From: Planctomycetota bacterium
GTDB lineage: Bacteria > Planctomycetota > B15-G4
Assembly: GCA_038212275.1 (NCBI GenBank)
Contig: JBBQUR010000022.1
Coordinates: forward strand, 17,369-81,368
Length of the DNA: 64,000 nt
Direction of reading: 5' to 3'
This document shows positions 63,999 through 64,000 of the stretch, piece after piece (the first letter of the stretch is position 1; each line of letters starts with the position of its first letter). Made by a program: the position numbers and the translations under genes. The notes under the pieces are model-generated. The model was not told the origin of the DNA, did no database searches, and saw only the letters and a list, made by a program, of their open reading frames with translations.

Positions 63999-64000
63999 CT

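Overview
GC-rich chromosomal window from a Planctomycetota bacterium; the 16S carries the Pla46 target GGATTAGGCATGCAAGTC. In order: the 3' end of feoB; a secreted sugar-dehydrogenase/PKD protein; a minus-strand block (degenerate GH2, ribH, nusB, ftsY, O-antigen-ligase-like); a beta-propeller-like gene with atoE; a ~15.5 kb translationally coupled type IV filament cluster; a secreted Zn-finger protein, parvulin, scpB and a PpiD-like chaperone; ndk-TPR lipoprotein-rnpA-yidD; a complete F1Fo ATP synthase operon; aspS-thrS-infC-rpmI-rplT-pheS-pheT; a probable 6S RNA; a LysM L,D-transpeptidase; and a linked rrn operon (16S, tRNA-Ile, tRNA-Ala, 23S, 5S). The filament cluster (T2SS/T4P-like) comprises PilM-PilN, PilO-like, a TPR-lectin protein and GspG/H/K/J/I-like pilins. 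The best candidate for an undescribed system is this pilin cluster. Its 1727-aa GspK-like pilin and its GspJ-like pilin carry repeated beta modules resembling phage/GTA tail proteins, and the GspK- and GspH-like pilins carry LamG domains. Other notable points are a probable ACG start codon for infC and a GH2 with Ser at the nucleophile position. All family calls come from motif recognition by eye; no searches were run.
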